Positions 18,653 to 28,867 of a stretch of 64,000 bases of DNA are shown here, one piece after another (position 1 is the first letter of the stretch; each line of letters starts with the position of its first letter). Location of the stretch: NCBI GenBank assembly GCA_002421425.1, contig DIJZ01000024.1:349-64348 (forward strand), read 5' to 3'. The translations under genes and the position numbers were made by a program. This DNA is from a candidate division WOR-3 bacterium UBA5631. GTDB taxonomy: Bacteria > Hydrothermota > Hydrothermia > UBA1063. The notes under the pieces are model-generated. The model saw only the letters and a program-made list of their open reading frames with translations, was not told the origin of the DNA and made no database searches.

Positions 18653-19494
18653 ACATTTACCTGAAGGAAGAAGAGCTTGAGCTTTACAGGAAAATTATAG
18701 TTCATTCAATTAAAGACCGTCTTGAAAAACTCAGAGTCTCCCTTGGGATAGTGGCCCTTTCAGGAGGAGTTGATTCTTCCCTTGTTGCTGTTTTGAGCAA
18801 AGAAGCCCTAAAAGATAAATTACTCTGCTTAATAATGCCTGAAACCGGCGTTTCAAGTCAAGAGGATATCGACCATGCAATGGAACTGGTTAGAAAATTT
18901 GATATAAATTACCGCATCATTCCGATTAACGGAGCTATTGAGTGGTTTAACCAGCGTTATGAAGAAATCAAAGGACCCAACAAAAACGAAAGACTCGCAA
19001 TTGCGAACGTAAAACCAAGAATTAGAATGATAATGAATTATCTCTACGCCAATACGTTAAACGGATTCGTAATCGGCACTTCCAACAAAACCGAACTCTT
19101 GCTTGGATATGGCACAAAATATGGCGATATTGCAGTTGATTTCTATCCAATTGGAGATCTTTACAAAACCCAGGTATGGCAGCTTTCAGACTATGTTGGA
19201 ATCCCAACGGAAATTATAAGGAAGAAACCCACTGCAGGTCTGTGGGTCGGTCAAACCGACGAAGACGAACTTGGCCACACCTACTATGAGATTGACAGGG
19301 TTCTTTACTGCCTCGTAGAACTGGAACTCTCCGTTCGCGAAACTTGCAAAGTCCTTGGTATTCCGAGAGATGCAGTAATGGACATCTATAGAAGAGTGGT
19401 TTCTTCTGAGCACAAAAGAAAGATCCCCACAATTACCAGGCTATCCCGTATGTGCCTTGACAAAGACTGGAAATATCCCAGTGACCGACACTGA
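18643..19494 (+). CDS. nadE: NAD+ synthetase (PP-loop amidotransferase domain)
   Basis: It has the SGGVDSS PP-loop, NYLYANTLNGFVIGTSNKTE and YGDIAVDF motifs. Confidence 0.85.
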   Translation: MDIDIYLKEEELELYRKIIVHSIKDRLEKLRVSLGIVALSGGVDSSLVAVLSKEALKDKLLCLIMPETGVSSQEDIDHAMELVRKFDINYRIIPINGAIEWFNQRYEEIKGPNKNERLAIANVKPRIRMIMNYLYANTLNGFVIGTSNKTELLLGYGTKYGDIAVDFYPIGDLYKTQVWQLSDYVGIPTEIIRKKPTAGLWVGQTDEDELGHTYYEIDRVLYCLVELELSVRETCKVLGIPRDAVMDIYRRVVSSEHKRKIPTITRLSRMCLDKDWKYPSDRH

Positions 19495-20047
19495 GAAAAG
19501 AAATCTCACCAGAAGCTGGGTGTTCTTTCTTCTTGCCGTAATTCTGTATCAAATTCTTCATGAAGGTTCTCACCTCCTAACATCCCTTTTTTTCGACGAA
19601 TTTGAAGGACTTAGATTTGCGACTATTGGTCCAGAAGTGGTTTACAAAACACCGGTCCCTGAGAGAAGCGGGTTTCACTGGACTTTAATCTCGGGAATGA
19701 GTAGTATCATAACAATAATCCTCGGATATATTTTGCTCATTAACTCAGAAAAAACAGCTTCTTTAAGAAATGTTAACCTTAAGGCTCTGTTGTTCTACAC
19801 AACGCTAGTTCTGCTCATTACAGATCCTTTAAATCTTTCTGTCGGACCCTTCCTCTACGGAGGAGATGCTCCGGGAGTAGCAAAAGGTATGAATGTTCCT
19901 GTGTATCTCGTTCAGGGGCTGTTCTTTGTGATTTTCCTGATAAATAGGGAACTTGTTGCATCGATTCTGCTTTCAACATACAAAATAGAGACAAAGCATT
20001 TCCTTTTTAGGAGCTGGCTTAGAAAATCCCCCAGAGTCGGAAGATAA
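19457..20047 (+). CDS. hypothetical polytopic membrane protein with HExxH (HEGSH) motif, putative zincin-like
   Basis: HEGSHLL lies in the first TM region and there are 4-5 predicted helices. The start is uncertain because the ORF overlaps the nadE 3' end by 38 nt. Confidence 0.35.
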   Translation: MTKTGNIPVTDTEKRNLTRSWVFFLLAVILYQILHEGSHLLTSLFFDEFEGLRFATIGPEVVYKTPVPERSGFHWTLISGMSSIITIILGYILLINSEKTASLRNVNLKALLFYTTLVLLITDPLNLSVGPFLYGGDAPGVAKGMNVPVYLVQGLFFVIFLINRELVASILLSTYKIETKHFLFRSWLRKSPRVGR

Positions 20048-20117
20048 CTGGAAAAAGTCTTTAGATTCGCGTAGCAGAGATTCATTCATCAAATCTTCAA
20101 AAAATCTCTATGAATGA

Positions 20118-22553
20118 CTATTCTAAGGGGGCTTTTTCAAACTTCACTTCCCCATCGTAATCTATTACAATCCTGTCTCCTGCTTTGAACTCACCCGCAA
20201 GAATTTTATCAGCTATCGGATTTTCGACATACACCTGGATAGATCTCCTCAAAGGCCTTGCGCCAAGGTCAGGATTGTAGCCCGCTTCGGATAGGTACTC
20301 CACTAATTTTTCTGTCCAGGATACTTCAATTCCATTTTCTTTGAGACTGTCCTGCACTTCTTTAAGCTGAAGTTCCACAATCTCTTTAACTTCTTTGTGA
20401 CCGAGGGCGTTAAAGAACACGAATTCGTCTATCCTGTTCAAGAATTCAATCTTGAAGAATTTTAGAAGTTCTGGCATTATTGAATTTACCCTGGACTGAT
20501 GAACCTTCGTAAGTTCAGAATCTTTCTTAATAAATCCAATCTGAGGCCCTTCGGAGAACTGATATTGAATGTTGGATGTCATAATTATCAGGGTATTTTT
20601 GAAATCTACAACATGTCCCTGTGCATCGGTCAGTCTGCCGGCATCGAAAATCTGAAGCATTATGTTAAATACGTCTGGATGTGCCTTCTCAATCTCATCA
20701 AAAAGGATCACCTGATAGGGTCTTCGTCTGACAGCCTCCGTGAGCTGCCCACCTCTCTCAAAGCCAATGTATCCTGGAGGCGCTCCGATAAGCCTTGAAA
20801 CGGCGTGCTTTTCCATATACTCAGACATATCAATACGAAGGAGCGCATCTTCGTCGTTGAAAAGGAACCATGCAAGCTGTCTGGCGAGGTGGGTTTTTCC
20901 AACACCGGTGGGGCCAAGGAACATAAAAACGCCAATGGGTCTGTTTCTCTGACCAAGTCCGGCTCTTGAACGCCTTATAGCCTCTGCAACTACCTTTATA
21001 GCATAATCCTGTCCCTTCACTTTCTTCTTGAGTTCATCCTCTACATAAAGCAACCTCTTTGCCTCATCTTCAAGAAGCCTCATGGCAGGAATACCCGTCC
21101 ATCTGGAGACTACGTAAGCGATGTCATTTTCGTCAACAAAATCATCCATGTTCTTTTCCCTTAACCATGTTTCCTTCTTCCCTTCAAGCTCTTTTTCCAG
21201 GAATTCTACCTGTTTCTTCAGATTCTCAACCTCTCCTCTGTTGCTGAACTGATCCATTAGAGTTATCTGATCCCTCAATGAGGCAATTCTATTCTGCAGA
21301 GCCTTTATGTCCTCTGGCATATCTGAAAGTTTTATCCTTAAATACGAACAGGCTTCATCCAGAAGATCTATTGCCTTATCTGGTAACTTCCTGCCCTGAA
21401 CATATCTATCTGCAAGTTTCGCCGAAGCGATTATTGCAGAGTCAAGAATTTTAACTCTGTGATGTTCCTCAAATTTGTTTTTCAACCCTCTTAATATCTC
21501 TACCGTTTCCTCAATAGAAGGTTCCTTTACATAGACAGGCTGAAATCTCCTTTCCAGCGCGCCATCTTTTTCTATTCGCTCCCTGTACTCGTCAAGAGTG
21601 GTCGCTCCAATAACTCTGAGCTCCCCCGATGCAAGCCACGGCTTCAATAAGTTGGCAGCATCTATAGCTCCCTCTGCACCGCCTGCTCCAACTATCGTAT
21701 GAAGTTCATCTATGAAAAGAATGATACGGTCTTTCTGCCGCTTCACTTCATCTATCACCGCCTTCAATCTCTCTTCAAACTCACCCCTGAACTTCGAACC
21801 TGCAAGGAGAGCACCCATATCAAGCATAAGAATTCTTTTATCTCTTAAAAAATCAGGTACTTTCTTCTCATGGATTCTCTGGGCGAGCCCATGTACAATG
21901 GCAGTCTTCCCCACACCCGGTTCACCAATTAGAACAGGATTGTTTTTGGTTTTTCTCAGAATAATTTGAATTACCCTTTCTATTTCATCATTTCGACCTA
22001 TTACAGGATCAAGTTTCCCGGTTTCCGAAAGTTTTGTAACATCGACGGTATACTTCACAAGAGCATTGTATTTACTTTCAGCGGTGGGTTCAGTAACCCT
22101 CTGACTGCCGCGAATCTCGTAAAGAGCTTTGTAAATCTTTTCACGGTCGATCCCAAATTCCTTCAGAATCCTTGCTGAAGGGCCACCAGCTGAATTTTCA
22201 ATTGCGAGAAGAAAATGCTCCTGGGCAACATACTCGTCCTTCAGTTTTTCGGCTTCCACGAATGCCTGTTGGAGGACGTCCTGTGCTCTTGGTGTGATAT
22301 AAATCTGAACGGGCCTGGATCCCTGAATCTCCGTCTGTGGTACCTTTAAAAGAGCCTCTTTCAGTTTTTCCTTAACCAATACAGGATGTATATTTAGCTT
22401 CTCAAATATTTGAGAAACCACCCCTCCTTCTTCCTCCAGAAGCCCGTAAAAAATGTGTTCAACATCCAGTTGATTGTGCTTGAATTTTACCAGCGCCTCC
22501 TGTGCCCGTATAAGAGCCTCCTGAGCGCCCTCAGTAAATTTGTCCATTCTCAT
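20118..22553 (-). CDS. clpB: AAA+ disaggregase ClpB
   Basis: It has Clp_N repeats, two AAA modules ([22 protein letters not shown]) and a long coiled-coil M-domain between them. Confidence 0.85.
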   Translation of the reverse strand: MRMDKFTEGAQEALIRAQEALVKFKHNQLDVEHIFYGLLEEEGGVVSQIFEKLNIHPVLVKEKLKEALLKVPQTEIQGSRPVQIYITPRAQDVLQQAFVEAEKLKDEYVAQEHFLLAIENSAGGPSARILKEFGIDREKIYKALYEIRGSQRVTEPTAESKYNALVKYTVDVTKLSETGKLDPVIGRNDEIERVIQIILRKTKNNPVLIGEPGVGKTAIVHGLAQRIHEKKVPDFLRDKRILMLDMGALLAGSKFRGEFEERLKAVIDEVKRQKDRIILFIDELHTIVGAGGAEGAIDAANLLKPWLASGELRVIGATTLDEYRERIEKDGALERRFQPVYVKEPSIEETVEILRGLKNKFEEHHRVKILDSAIIASAKLADRYVQGRKLPDKAIDLLDEACSYLRIKLSDMPEDIKALQNRIASLRDQITLMDQFSNRGEVENLKKQVEFLEKELEGKKETWLREKNMDDFVDENDIAYVVSRWTGIPAMRLLEDEAKRLLYVEDELKKKVKGQDYAIKVVAEAIRRSRAGLGQRNRPIGVFMFLGPTGVGKTHLARQLAWFLFNDEDALLRIDMSEYMEKHAVSRLIGAPPGYIGFERGGQLTEAVRRRPYQVILFDEIEKAHPDVFNIMLQIFDAGRLTDAQGHVVDFKNTLIIMTSNIQYQFSEGPQIGFIKKDSELTKVHQSRVNSIMPELLKFFKIEFLNRIDEFVFFNALGHKEVKEIVELQLKEVQDSLKENGIEVSWTEKLVEYLSEAGYNPDLGARPLRRSIQVYVENPIADKILAGEFKAGDRIVIDYDGEVKFEKAPLE

Positions 22554-22693
22554 TATTCAAAAACCTCCAGAACTGTTTATTGAATTAATAGCATCATAAA
22601 GGCGAACTGTAAAGGAAGAACGTTTCTCGCGAGTGGATTTAATGCTATTTCGTGCGTTTTCCCAGGTGTATCGATTAAAATTAATACACTACA

Positions 22694-23539
22694 ATGAAAG
22701 TGTTTAAGTATTTTGTTTTTTGCGGACTTTTTATATTTTTTCTGTATCTTTTTGCATATCCATTTCTTTTCAGGGTAAAATCTCTGGAGTCTGAGAATCC
22801 TGTTCAAACGGCTCTGATGATCTACAGGATCCATCAGTGGAAATCGCAGGGGAAAAATATTAGGATATCCCATACATGGGTGCCACTAAAGAGAATATCA
22901 CCATACCTGGTAAAAGCAGTTTTGATCTCAGAAGATGATAAATTTTTCCAGCATGAAGGATTTGACCTTGAAGGAATCAAACTCGCCATAGAGAAGAATA
23001 TTAAGAAAAAGAAATTAAAATATGGAGGGAGTACTATAAGCCAGCAACTCGCGAAGAATCTGTTTCTTGGACCACGAAAAAGTCTCGTAAGAAAAATTCA
23101 CGAAGCGATTCTGACAGTGAGGATTGAGAAAACTCTGTCCAAACGAAGAATCCTAGAGCTTTATCTTAATGTTGCCGAATGGGGTCCGGGTATATTTGGT
23201 ATTGAAGCTGCATCAGAATACTACTTTTCAAAACCAGCAATTACCCTCACCCCTGAGGAAGCTGCTTTACTTGCTGCTGTTTTACCAAACCCGCAGAAAT
23301 ATTCTCCCGTTAACCCATCAAGATACATAAGTCAAAGGGCAGAAAAGATTCTTTACATAATGAAATTGAGGAATATCATTTCAGAAGAGTATGACAGTAA
23401 TGTAACAAAATCTACACATGATTCACTTTCTAAAGATTCACTCGGTATATATCATGAAACACCACAGGACACATTGAACGTTTACGACACACTGCCAGGC
23501 GCCTCAAGCACCACGAACCTTCAAAATTCAGAAAATTGA
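22694..23539 (+). CDS. mtgA: monofunctional peptidoglycan glycosyltransferase (GT51)
   Basis: It has an N-terminal TM helix and GT51 motifs ISEDDKFFQHEGFD and GGSTISQQLAKNLFL…RK. There is no transpeptidase domain. Confidence 0.75.
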   Translation: MKVFKYFVFCGLFIFFLYLFAYPFLFRVKSLESENPVQTALMIYRIHQWKSQGKNIRISHTWVPLKRISPYLVKAVLISEDDKFFQHEGFDLEGIKLAIEKNIKKKKLKYGGSTISQQLAKNLFLGPRKSLVRKIHEAILTVRIEKTLSKRRILELYLNVAEWGPGIFGIEAASEYYFSKPAITLTPEEAALLAAVLPNPQKYSPVNPSRYISQRAEKILYIMKLRNIISEEYDSNVTKSTHDSLSKDSLGIYHETPQDTLNVYDTLPGASSTTNLQNSEN

Positions 23540-24606
23540 ATTCCTGATTTCTTTAAATGCCCAAGAAACTCATGGGAAAATTCATCATTTAAGCCAAGCA
23601 GTTCCAGAGGCAAAACACCACTTTGATTAATCTTTCCATCTAAAAACATCTTCGTAAGAATAGCTGGCGGAATCCCGGTTAACTCACTCATAGCAGTTCG
23701 CTTTCTATCCATGTTATAGTAGTGAATTAGTTCAAAACCACTTACAGTACCATCTCTCCAGAACTCAATCCTTAAAATAGCAAGATCCTCCTCGCTACCC
23801 TGTTTCAACCTATCCCAAAGCCAATCCCGAAATACTTCGTAAATTGGGCAATCCTTATTCAGAAGACCAATTTCTACTAATACTCTAAAAATTTCAGCAT
23901 GTCCTCTGTAACGAACCGTTTTCTCTTCCAGATTAGGAACATCAGAAATCGTCCTTAATAGCGTTCTCAAACCATCGGTATAGAAGGATTCGAATTTCCC
24001 GCCTATCCCTGCGAAAACCTCCTCTTTAACTCCGGAGAGGGCAGGAACAACCTGAATGGTCCCTCCAATCCTTATCCTAGCAGGCCTTCTGTACTCCTCC
24101 AGCAGGTCTTCTGGCGACCACGTCAAATAATAATTAAAGGGAGGAATCGGTTTGGCAGGAATCCCGCCCACTTTTATAGTGATCCTGTCAAATACACCTC
24201 CGAATTTTCTGTATCCCTAACCAATTAGAAAATTTGAGACCCCTGGAGCAAAACCGGCGTCAACTATAAACTTTAGACCCATCCTCAAGGCATCCTCTTC
24301 ATAATCAAAAGGGTCTTCCTCCATATATGAGATATCAATGCAATGCGCCTTCCTGGAAGCAGCAAACTTCAGAACTTTGTCTCCAAATCTTGCAGGAAGA
24401 CAATTAAGGATCAGGTCACCTTCTTTTACAACTTTGCTGATTTCTGGAGAATCGAAAGAACTGCCTATTACTCTGTATCCGAGAGCCTGCGCCTGGGCTG
24501 CGTTTTTTTCATCCCTCTCCACAGCTATCACATCATATATTCCAAGATCTTTTAAAGTCTCAAGGGTCACGTATCCCTGCCTTCCAGCTCCAAAAAGATA
24601 AATCAT
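23521..24606 (-). pseudogene. saccharopine dehydrogenase / carboxynorspermidine dehydrogenase family gene interrupted by an in-frame TAG (at 24217-24219)
   Basis: The N-terminal part (24220-24606) is an NAD(P)-binding Rossmann domain ending DAGFAPGVSNFLIG (family GLDPGI motif). After the TAG the same frame continues through 15 codons into the C-terminal domain (YYLTWSPEDLLEEYRRPA… matches Sacchrp_dh_C). The total is 361 codons. Confidence 0.5.
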
Positions 24607-25013
24607 CCGAACCTCCAGTGCAACTATTCTAAAGCAATGAAGTTATTCACAAAATCCAATAGTCTCCGGATGCTGAATTGTCACTCAACAGGCTCCACTC
24701 ACGGCGAGTTTAATTTTCTGGCGGAGAAACATTTATACATGCTTAAAAAATGGAGTAATCCTGGATTCTCTGAAAATTCATTTTTAGGTCTGCGACTGAA
24801 AACAAGGTGCATTCTCAATCTTCGCATAAAATTGCCTTAAGCAGTTAAAGGTCTTCACAGGTTTATGGTGTGGGGCATCGGAAATATTCGAAGTTATGGT
24901 TTATGAACAACCATAGGCATATTCAAGAAACACTATTTCTGGACGTTAGCCAGGACGCAGCTCCACCACCCAAGGAAAACTAATAAAGACTAATTTTATT
25001 GATTATGTAGCTA

Positions 25014-25042
25014 TTGACTTTCTGAAAGAGTGATGTTATAAT
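25014..25042 (+). promoter_or_regulatory. consensus sigma70 promoter TTGACT, 17 nt spacer, TGn-TATAAT; 6 nt before ATG
   Basis: TTGACT is at 25014-25019, followed by an exact 17-nt spacer ending in TGT, then TATAAT at 25037-25042. The ATG is at 25049. Confidence 0.5.
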
Positions 25043-25048
25043 CCTAAT

Positions 25049-27202
25049 ATGGACCTGAGAAATGTTATTGAGAAAGTTGAGGATCTTAAGGAAAAACACA
25101 GCTCTGTTACCAGAGCCCTTTCAAAACTTAACGAATTTTACAACAAAGGTGAGATTACCGAGAAACAATTCAAGATCCTCAAGGGCGATTACGAGAAAGA
25201 AATCAACTTTCTGGGAAAGGAATTGGAAGACTTACTGACATCAGTGAAACAGCAACTTGAAGATCTGGAAAGAACTTTGAAAGACCTTAACATGGAGTAT
25301 AATAAAACGAAAATTGATATTCTTCTCGGCGAAATCCCCACAGAGAAAGGAAAAGCAGAACTTGCCAAGATCGCCAAGCAAATTGCCCTTTCACAACATA
25401 CGTACAATCAATGTAAAGCTATTCTCGAAGCGGAAACCGAAGAAGATTTTGAGAGCATAAAGAAAATGGCACCTCCAGCGAGTATAAAAGTTGAAAACGT
25501 TGTATCGGTGCAGGAGTTACTTCACCAGGAAGAGGAACTTAGAAACAAGCGTTTTGAAGGAAAAGCACAGGCTTATTTAAAACCCCTCGAAGAACTTTAC
25601 AATAGACTGGAAAAAATAAGAGATTTCATCTCTGAAAGCATCAAAGAAGTTGAGTCCCAAAAGAACTCTCTGGAAGAAGAAGCGGGGAAACTGGTAATCA
25701 AAATCCGAATGGGAGGCACCGAGGAGCAAGCAGCGCGAAACAGATTAATGGAAGTTATAAAGAAAGTTAAAGAATACGACGAACTCCTGGCAAAAATGAG
25801 TAAAACAGCAGAACAGATTAATCAAAGGCTCGGCATAAAAGAAACTGTACTGGTGGGTGCAGAAGAAGATGCTTCAAAAATAGGACAGATCGAAGAAATA
25901 AACCTTGAGGAAGCCTCAAAAATACTTGAAGAACTCGAAAAACAGGGTCTTGAAATCATTAGTACGGAAACTGTAGAACCTTTAGAAGAAAAACTTATGG
26001 AAGAAGAAAAGGAAGTTGTCGAAACCGAAGCTCCGTCTTCGATTAAGACGGTAAAAATAAAGAAAAAGTCTCCCGTACCCGTTATTGCAGCAGCAGTTCT
26101 TGTAGTTTTGGGAATTCTTTTCGGAGTTTACAGGAAGTTCTTTTTTGCACCCGAAGAAAAAGCCCAGGTCATTTACCCAGTTTATATGGGGAATCCTGCG
26201 CACAACTACGACGTTAGAGCTCAGATTTCCACTCAACCACCAAGAATTGAATGGTCCAGAAATTTTCAGGGCACTCCAGCTCAGCCAGCTGTAAGCAACG
26301 GAACCATATACGCGGGAACAGCTGATGGCAAGCTCTACGCCATTGATTTTTCGGGAAATATCCTCTGGAACGTAAGTCTTAAGGGGTCAATATTGCACAC
26401 CCCTGTGATTGCCAATAACAACATCATTGTCGGAACCCTTGAGGGAATTTTGTACGTCCTCAATACATCTGGTCAAATTATTAGAACAAAAACCTTTACA
26501 GGGGGAATTGCTTCTCCTCCTGTCGCTTTTGGTGAGGTAATCTATGTTCCAGTATTCCAGGAAGGCGTCTATGCTTACAACATAAATCAGGATAAGGTCG
26601 AATGGAAATTCACTACAGAAGGAATGGTTAAAAACATTCCCATTGTTGACGAAGCGAACCTTTATATTGCAGACCTTTCCGGGAAACTTTACGTGGTAAA
26701 TCGTTCTAATGGTATTGAAATCAATAATTTCAAGACTTCAGGACCGATCGAAAGCTATCCGGTACTGTACGAAGGAAAAATTTTCTATGGGAATAATACT
26801 GGAGAGATAGGTTGCTACGATGCAAAGAAAAACGTGTTGCTCTGGTCTTTCAACCTGATGGAACCCGTTGTGGGAAGCCCCACTATCCAGGATTCCTTCT
26901 CCATTTATACTACTGCCTTCGGCAGGGTATTTTGCCACAACAATAGAACAGGTATGAGGATCTGGGATTTCAATACTGGAAATCTGATTTTCTCTACCGC
27001 AGTTATAGTAGATTCGTTTGTTTTTGTAACAACCACAACCGGTGCAGGAGACTTTGGAGAGCTCTACTGTCTTAGCGTTCGGAGTGGAAACCTTGTGTGG
27101 GTACTCCCAATACCCAGAATTCTCGAGACAGCACCTGTCTTCTGGGGAAACCGTCTATTCCTGGCAGCAAGAGACGGCACCTTCTATGCCATGAGTTTTT
27201 GA
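25049..27202 (+). CDS. type-II membrane protein: long N-terminal coiled coil, single TM, C-terminal PQQ-repeat beta-propeller
   Basis: About 330 aa of heptad-rich E/K sequence is followed by a TM helix (VPVIAAAVLVVLGILFGVY). After that come repeated GxLYA(I/L)D…G…W motifs typical of PQQ/BamB-like propeller blades. Confidence 0.6.
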   Translation: MDLRNVIEKVEDLKEKHSSVTRALSKLNEFYNKGEITEKQFKILKGDYEKEINFLGKELEDLLTSVKQQLEDLERTLKDLNMEYNKTKIDILLGEIPTEKGKAELAKIAKQIALSQHTYNQCKAILEAETEEDFESIKKMAPPASIKVENVVSVQELLHQEEELRNKRFEGKAQAYLKPLEELYNRLEKIRDFISESIKEVESQKNSLEEEAGKLVIKIRMGGTEEQAARNRLMEVIKKVKEYDELLAKMSKTAEQINQRLGIKETVLVGAEEDASKIGQIEEINLEEASKILEELEKQGLEIISTETVEPLEEKLMEEEKEVVETEAPSSIKTVKIKKKSPVPVIAAAVLVVLGILFGVYRKFFFAPEEKAQVIYPVYMGNPAHNYDVRAQISTQPPRIEWSRNFQGTPAQPAVSNGTIYAGTADGKLYAIDFSGNILWNVSLKGSILHTPVIANNNIIVGTLEGILYVLNTSGQIIRTKTFTGGIASPPVAFGEVIYVPVFQEGVYAYNINQDKVEWKFTTEGMVKNIPIVDEANLYIADLSGKLYVVNRSNGIEINNFKTSGPIESYPVLYEGKIFYGNNTGEIGCYDAKKNVLLWSFNLMEPVVGSPTIQDSFSIYTTAFGRVFCHNNRTGMRIWDFNTGNLIFSTAVIVDSFVFVTTTTGAGDFGELYCLSVRSGNLVWVLPIPRILETAPVFWGNRLFLAARDGTFYAMSF

Positions 27203-27237
27203 TAGTACGGAACGCCCCCTTTATAATCTAACTTTGC

Positions 27238-27310
27238 GGGCCGTTAGCTCAGGAGGTAGAGCACCGGATTTTTAATCCGGTGGCCGCAGGTTCGAGTCCT
27301 GCACGGCCCA
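27238..27310 (+). tRNA. tRNA-Lys (anticodon UUU)
   Basis: Sequence GGGCCGTTAGCTCAGGAGGTAGAGCACCGGATTTTTAATCCGGTGGCCGCAGGTTCGAGTCCTGCACGGCCCA, with anticodon loop TT-TTT-AA and a 7-bp acceptor stem. Confidence 0.9.
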
Positions 27311-27353
27311 GTTTAGTTCTGTTCTAAGCATCGTTTTTTTAGAAGGAGGTTTT

Positions 27354-27833
27354 ATGCCCCTCGCTGTAATAATAATGGGCTCCAAAGCGGACATTCCCCA
27401 TTGCGGGGCGATCAGGAAAGAGCTTGAGAAGTTTGGAATTCCCTCCATCATGAGGATTGCTTCCGCTCACAAAACTCCTATAAAGGTTCTTGAAATATTA
27501 AACGAATACGAAAAAGAAGCAGATGTTTTCATTACTGTTGCGGGAAAAAGCAACGCGCTCAGTGGATTCGTTGATTCACATACTTCTAAACCTGTAATTG
27601 CTTGTCCACCATATTCTGAGCAGTTCTCCGGAGTGGACCTGTACTCCTCTCTTAGAATGCCAAAAGGAGTAGCTCCAATGGTGGTTTTAGAGCCCGATCA
27701 GGCTGCCCTTGCCGCTGCAAAAATTATTGGACTGAAAAGCGACGAAGTCAGAGAGGCAGTTCGACAGTATAGAAAAAAACTTCAGGAAGAAATTGAGAAA
27801 GCCGATAAGGAGCTTTTCGATGGGCAGCGTTAA
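27354..27833 (+). CDS. purE: N5-carboxyaminoimidazole ribonucleotide mutase PurE
   Basis: It has VIIMGSKAD, the AHKTP (AHRTP) motif and a 159-aa size. A GGAGG SD lies 7 nt upstream. Confidence 0.85.
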   Translation: MPLAVIIMGSKADIPHCGAIRKELEKFGIPSIMRIASAHKTPIKVLEILNEYEKEADVFITVAGKSNALSGFVDSHTSKPVIACPPYSEQFSGVDLYSSLRMPKGVAPMVVLEPDQAALAAAKIIGLKSDEVREAVRQYRKKLQEEIEKADKELFDGQR

Positions 27834-28854
27834 GGACCTGAAAATTATACGAACTCCATCAGAAGATTCTCCAGGAATTGGGAGATTCGTTTTCTCTGAC
27901 AGATACTCGGTCTTCGACTGGGGGGAAATGCCCGATCTCATTCCAGATAAGGGAAAAGCTATCTGTCTAGTTACCTGTCACTTTTTTGAAGTTGTAGAAC
28001 GCCTTGGAATCAAAACCCATTATATTGGCATCGTTGAAGATGAGCGGGTGAAAAAACTATGTGAACTTACCGAACCAACCAACGTAATGGAATTCAAAAT
28101 GGTCAGAGTTATAAAGCCCAAATTTGACGGCATTAATTATGATTATTCACCTTTCAAATATCTAAAATCTAACTTCCTAATCCCCCTTGAAGTGATCTAC
28201 AGAAACAGCATCCCGGAGGGCTCTTCACTCCTCAAGAGGCTACGGTCCGGTGAGATAGCCCCAGAAGATGTGGGATTAAAGGGAATACCCGAACCAAATA
28301 CGAGACTGGAAAGACCAATTCTTGACTTCTCAACAAAACTCGAAATCACAGACAGGTATCTCAAGGAAGACGAAGCATATAATATCAGCGGCCTTAGCGA
28401 GGGCGAATTCATGGAACTTAAGAGGGTAGCCTTGAGGCTAAATGAACTTATTTCAGAGAAAGCAGGAACTCTCGGGCTTTACAACGAAGATGGCAAATTC
28501 GAATTTGGACTGGATGAGAACAGAAATCTGATGTTGGTGGATGCCATAGGGGCCTTAGACGAATGTAGATTTACTTATGAAGGGATTCCTTTCAGTAAGG
28601 AAGTGCTGAGAATATATTACCGCTCTACTCGATGGTACAGCGAAATTGAAAACGCAAAGAAGGAAGATAGGCAGAACTGGAAGAAACTTGTTGGAGAAAA
28701 CCCTCCTCCGCTTCCTCCTGAGTGGAAGCAACTAATTAGCGATATGTACAAAAGTTATGCCAACGAAATTACCGGACGTCGTTTTTTCGATACAAAACCC
28801 ATCAATGAAGTTCTTGTCGAACTAAAAAATCTAATACAATTTTTCAAGAATTAG
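27820..28854 (+). CDS. purC: SAICAR synthetase PurC (long form)
   Basis: GSVKDL…DRYSVFDW matches the PurC GKVRD/DRISAFD motifs. I start at ATG 27820; the ORF-track start 27793 is upstream in the same frame. Confidence 0.65.
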   Translation: MGSVKDLKIIRTPSEDSPGIGRFVFSDRYSVFDWGEMPDLIPDKGKAICLVTCHFFEVVERLGIKTHYIGIVEDERVKKLCELTEPTNVMEFKMVRVIKPKFDGINYDYSPFKYLKSNFLIPLEVIYRNSIPEGSSLLKRLRSGEIAPEDVGLKGIPEPNTRLERPILDFSTKLEITDRYLKEDEAYNISGLSEGEFMELKRVALRLNELISEKAGTLGLYNEDGKFEFGLDENRNLMLVDAIGALDECRFTYEGIPFSKEVLRIYYRSTRWYSEIENAKKEDRQNWKKLVGENPPPLPPEWKQLISDMYKSYANEITGRRFFDTKPINEVLVELKNLIQFFKN

Positions 28855-28867
28855 AGTCATTGCTGCT

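Noticed and set aside
20048-20117. Possible bidirectional terminator between the HExxH membrane protein gene and clpB (AGAGATT…AATCTCT)
   Set aside because: The stem is only 7 bp with a roughly 20-nt loop and no clear U-tract, which is too weak to call.
22554-22693. CIRCE/CtsR-type heat-shock operator upstream of clpB
   Set aside because: No TTAGCACTC-N9-GAGTGCTAA-like inverted repeat or CtsR heptad repeat is present in the divergent clpB/mtgA intergenic region.
22577-22873. 98-aa minus-strand ORF spanning the clpB-mtgA intergenic region and the mtgA start
   Set aside because: It overlaps the well-supported mtgA N-terminus and its promoter region, it has no recognisable motifs, and it probably reflects AT-rich promoter DNA.
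24217-24219. Possibility that TAG is a sense codon (alternative genetic code) explaining the interrupted dehydrogenase gene
   Set aside because: rpmJ (59334-59447) terminates with TAG exactly at the conserved L36 C-terminus (…KQRQG), so TAG functions as a stop here.
24637-24840. 67-aa ORF in the large intergenic region
   Set aside because: It has no SD and an odd composition. I treated the region as non-coding or possible RNA instead.
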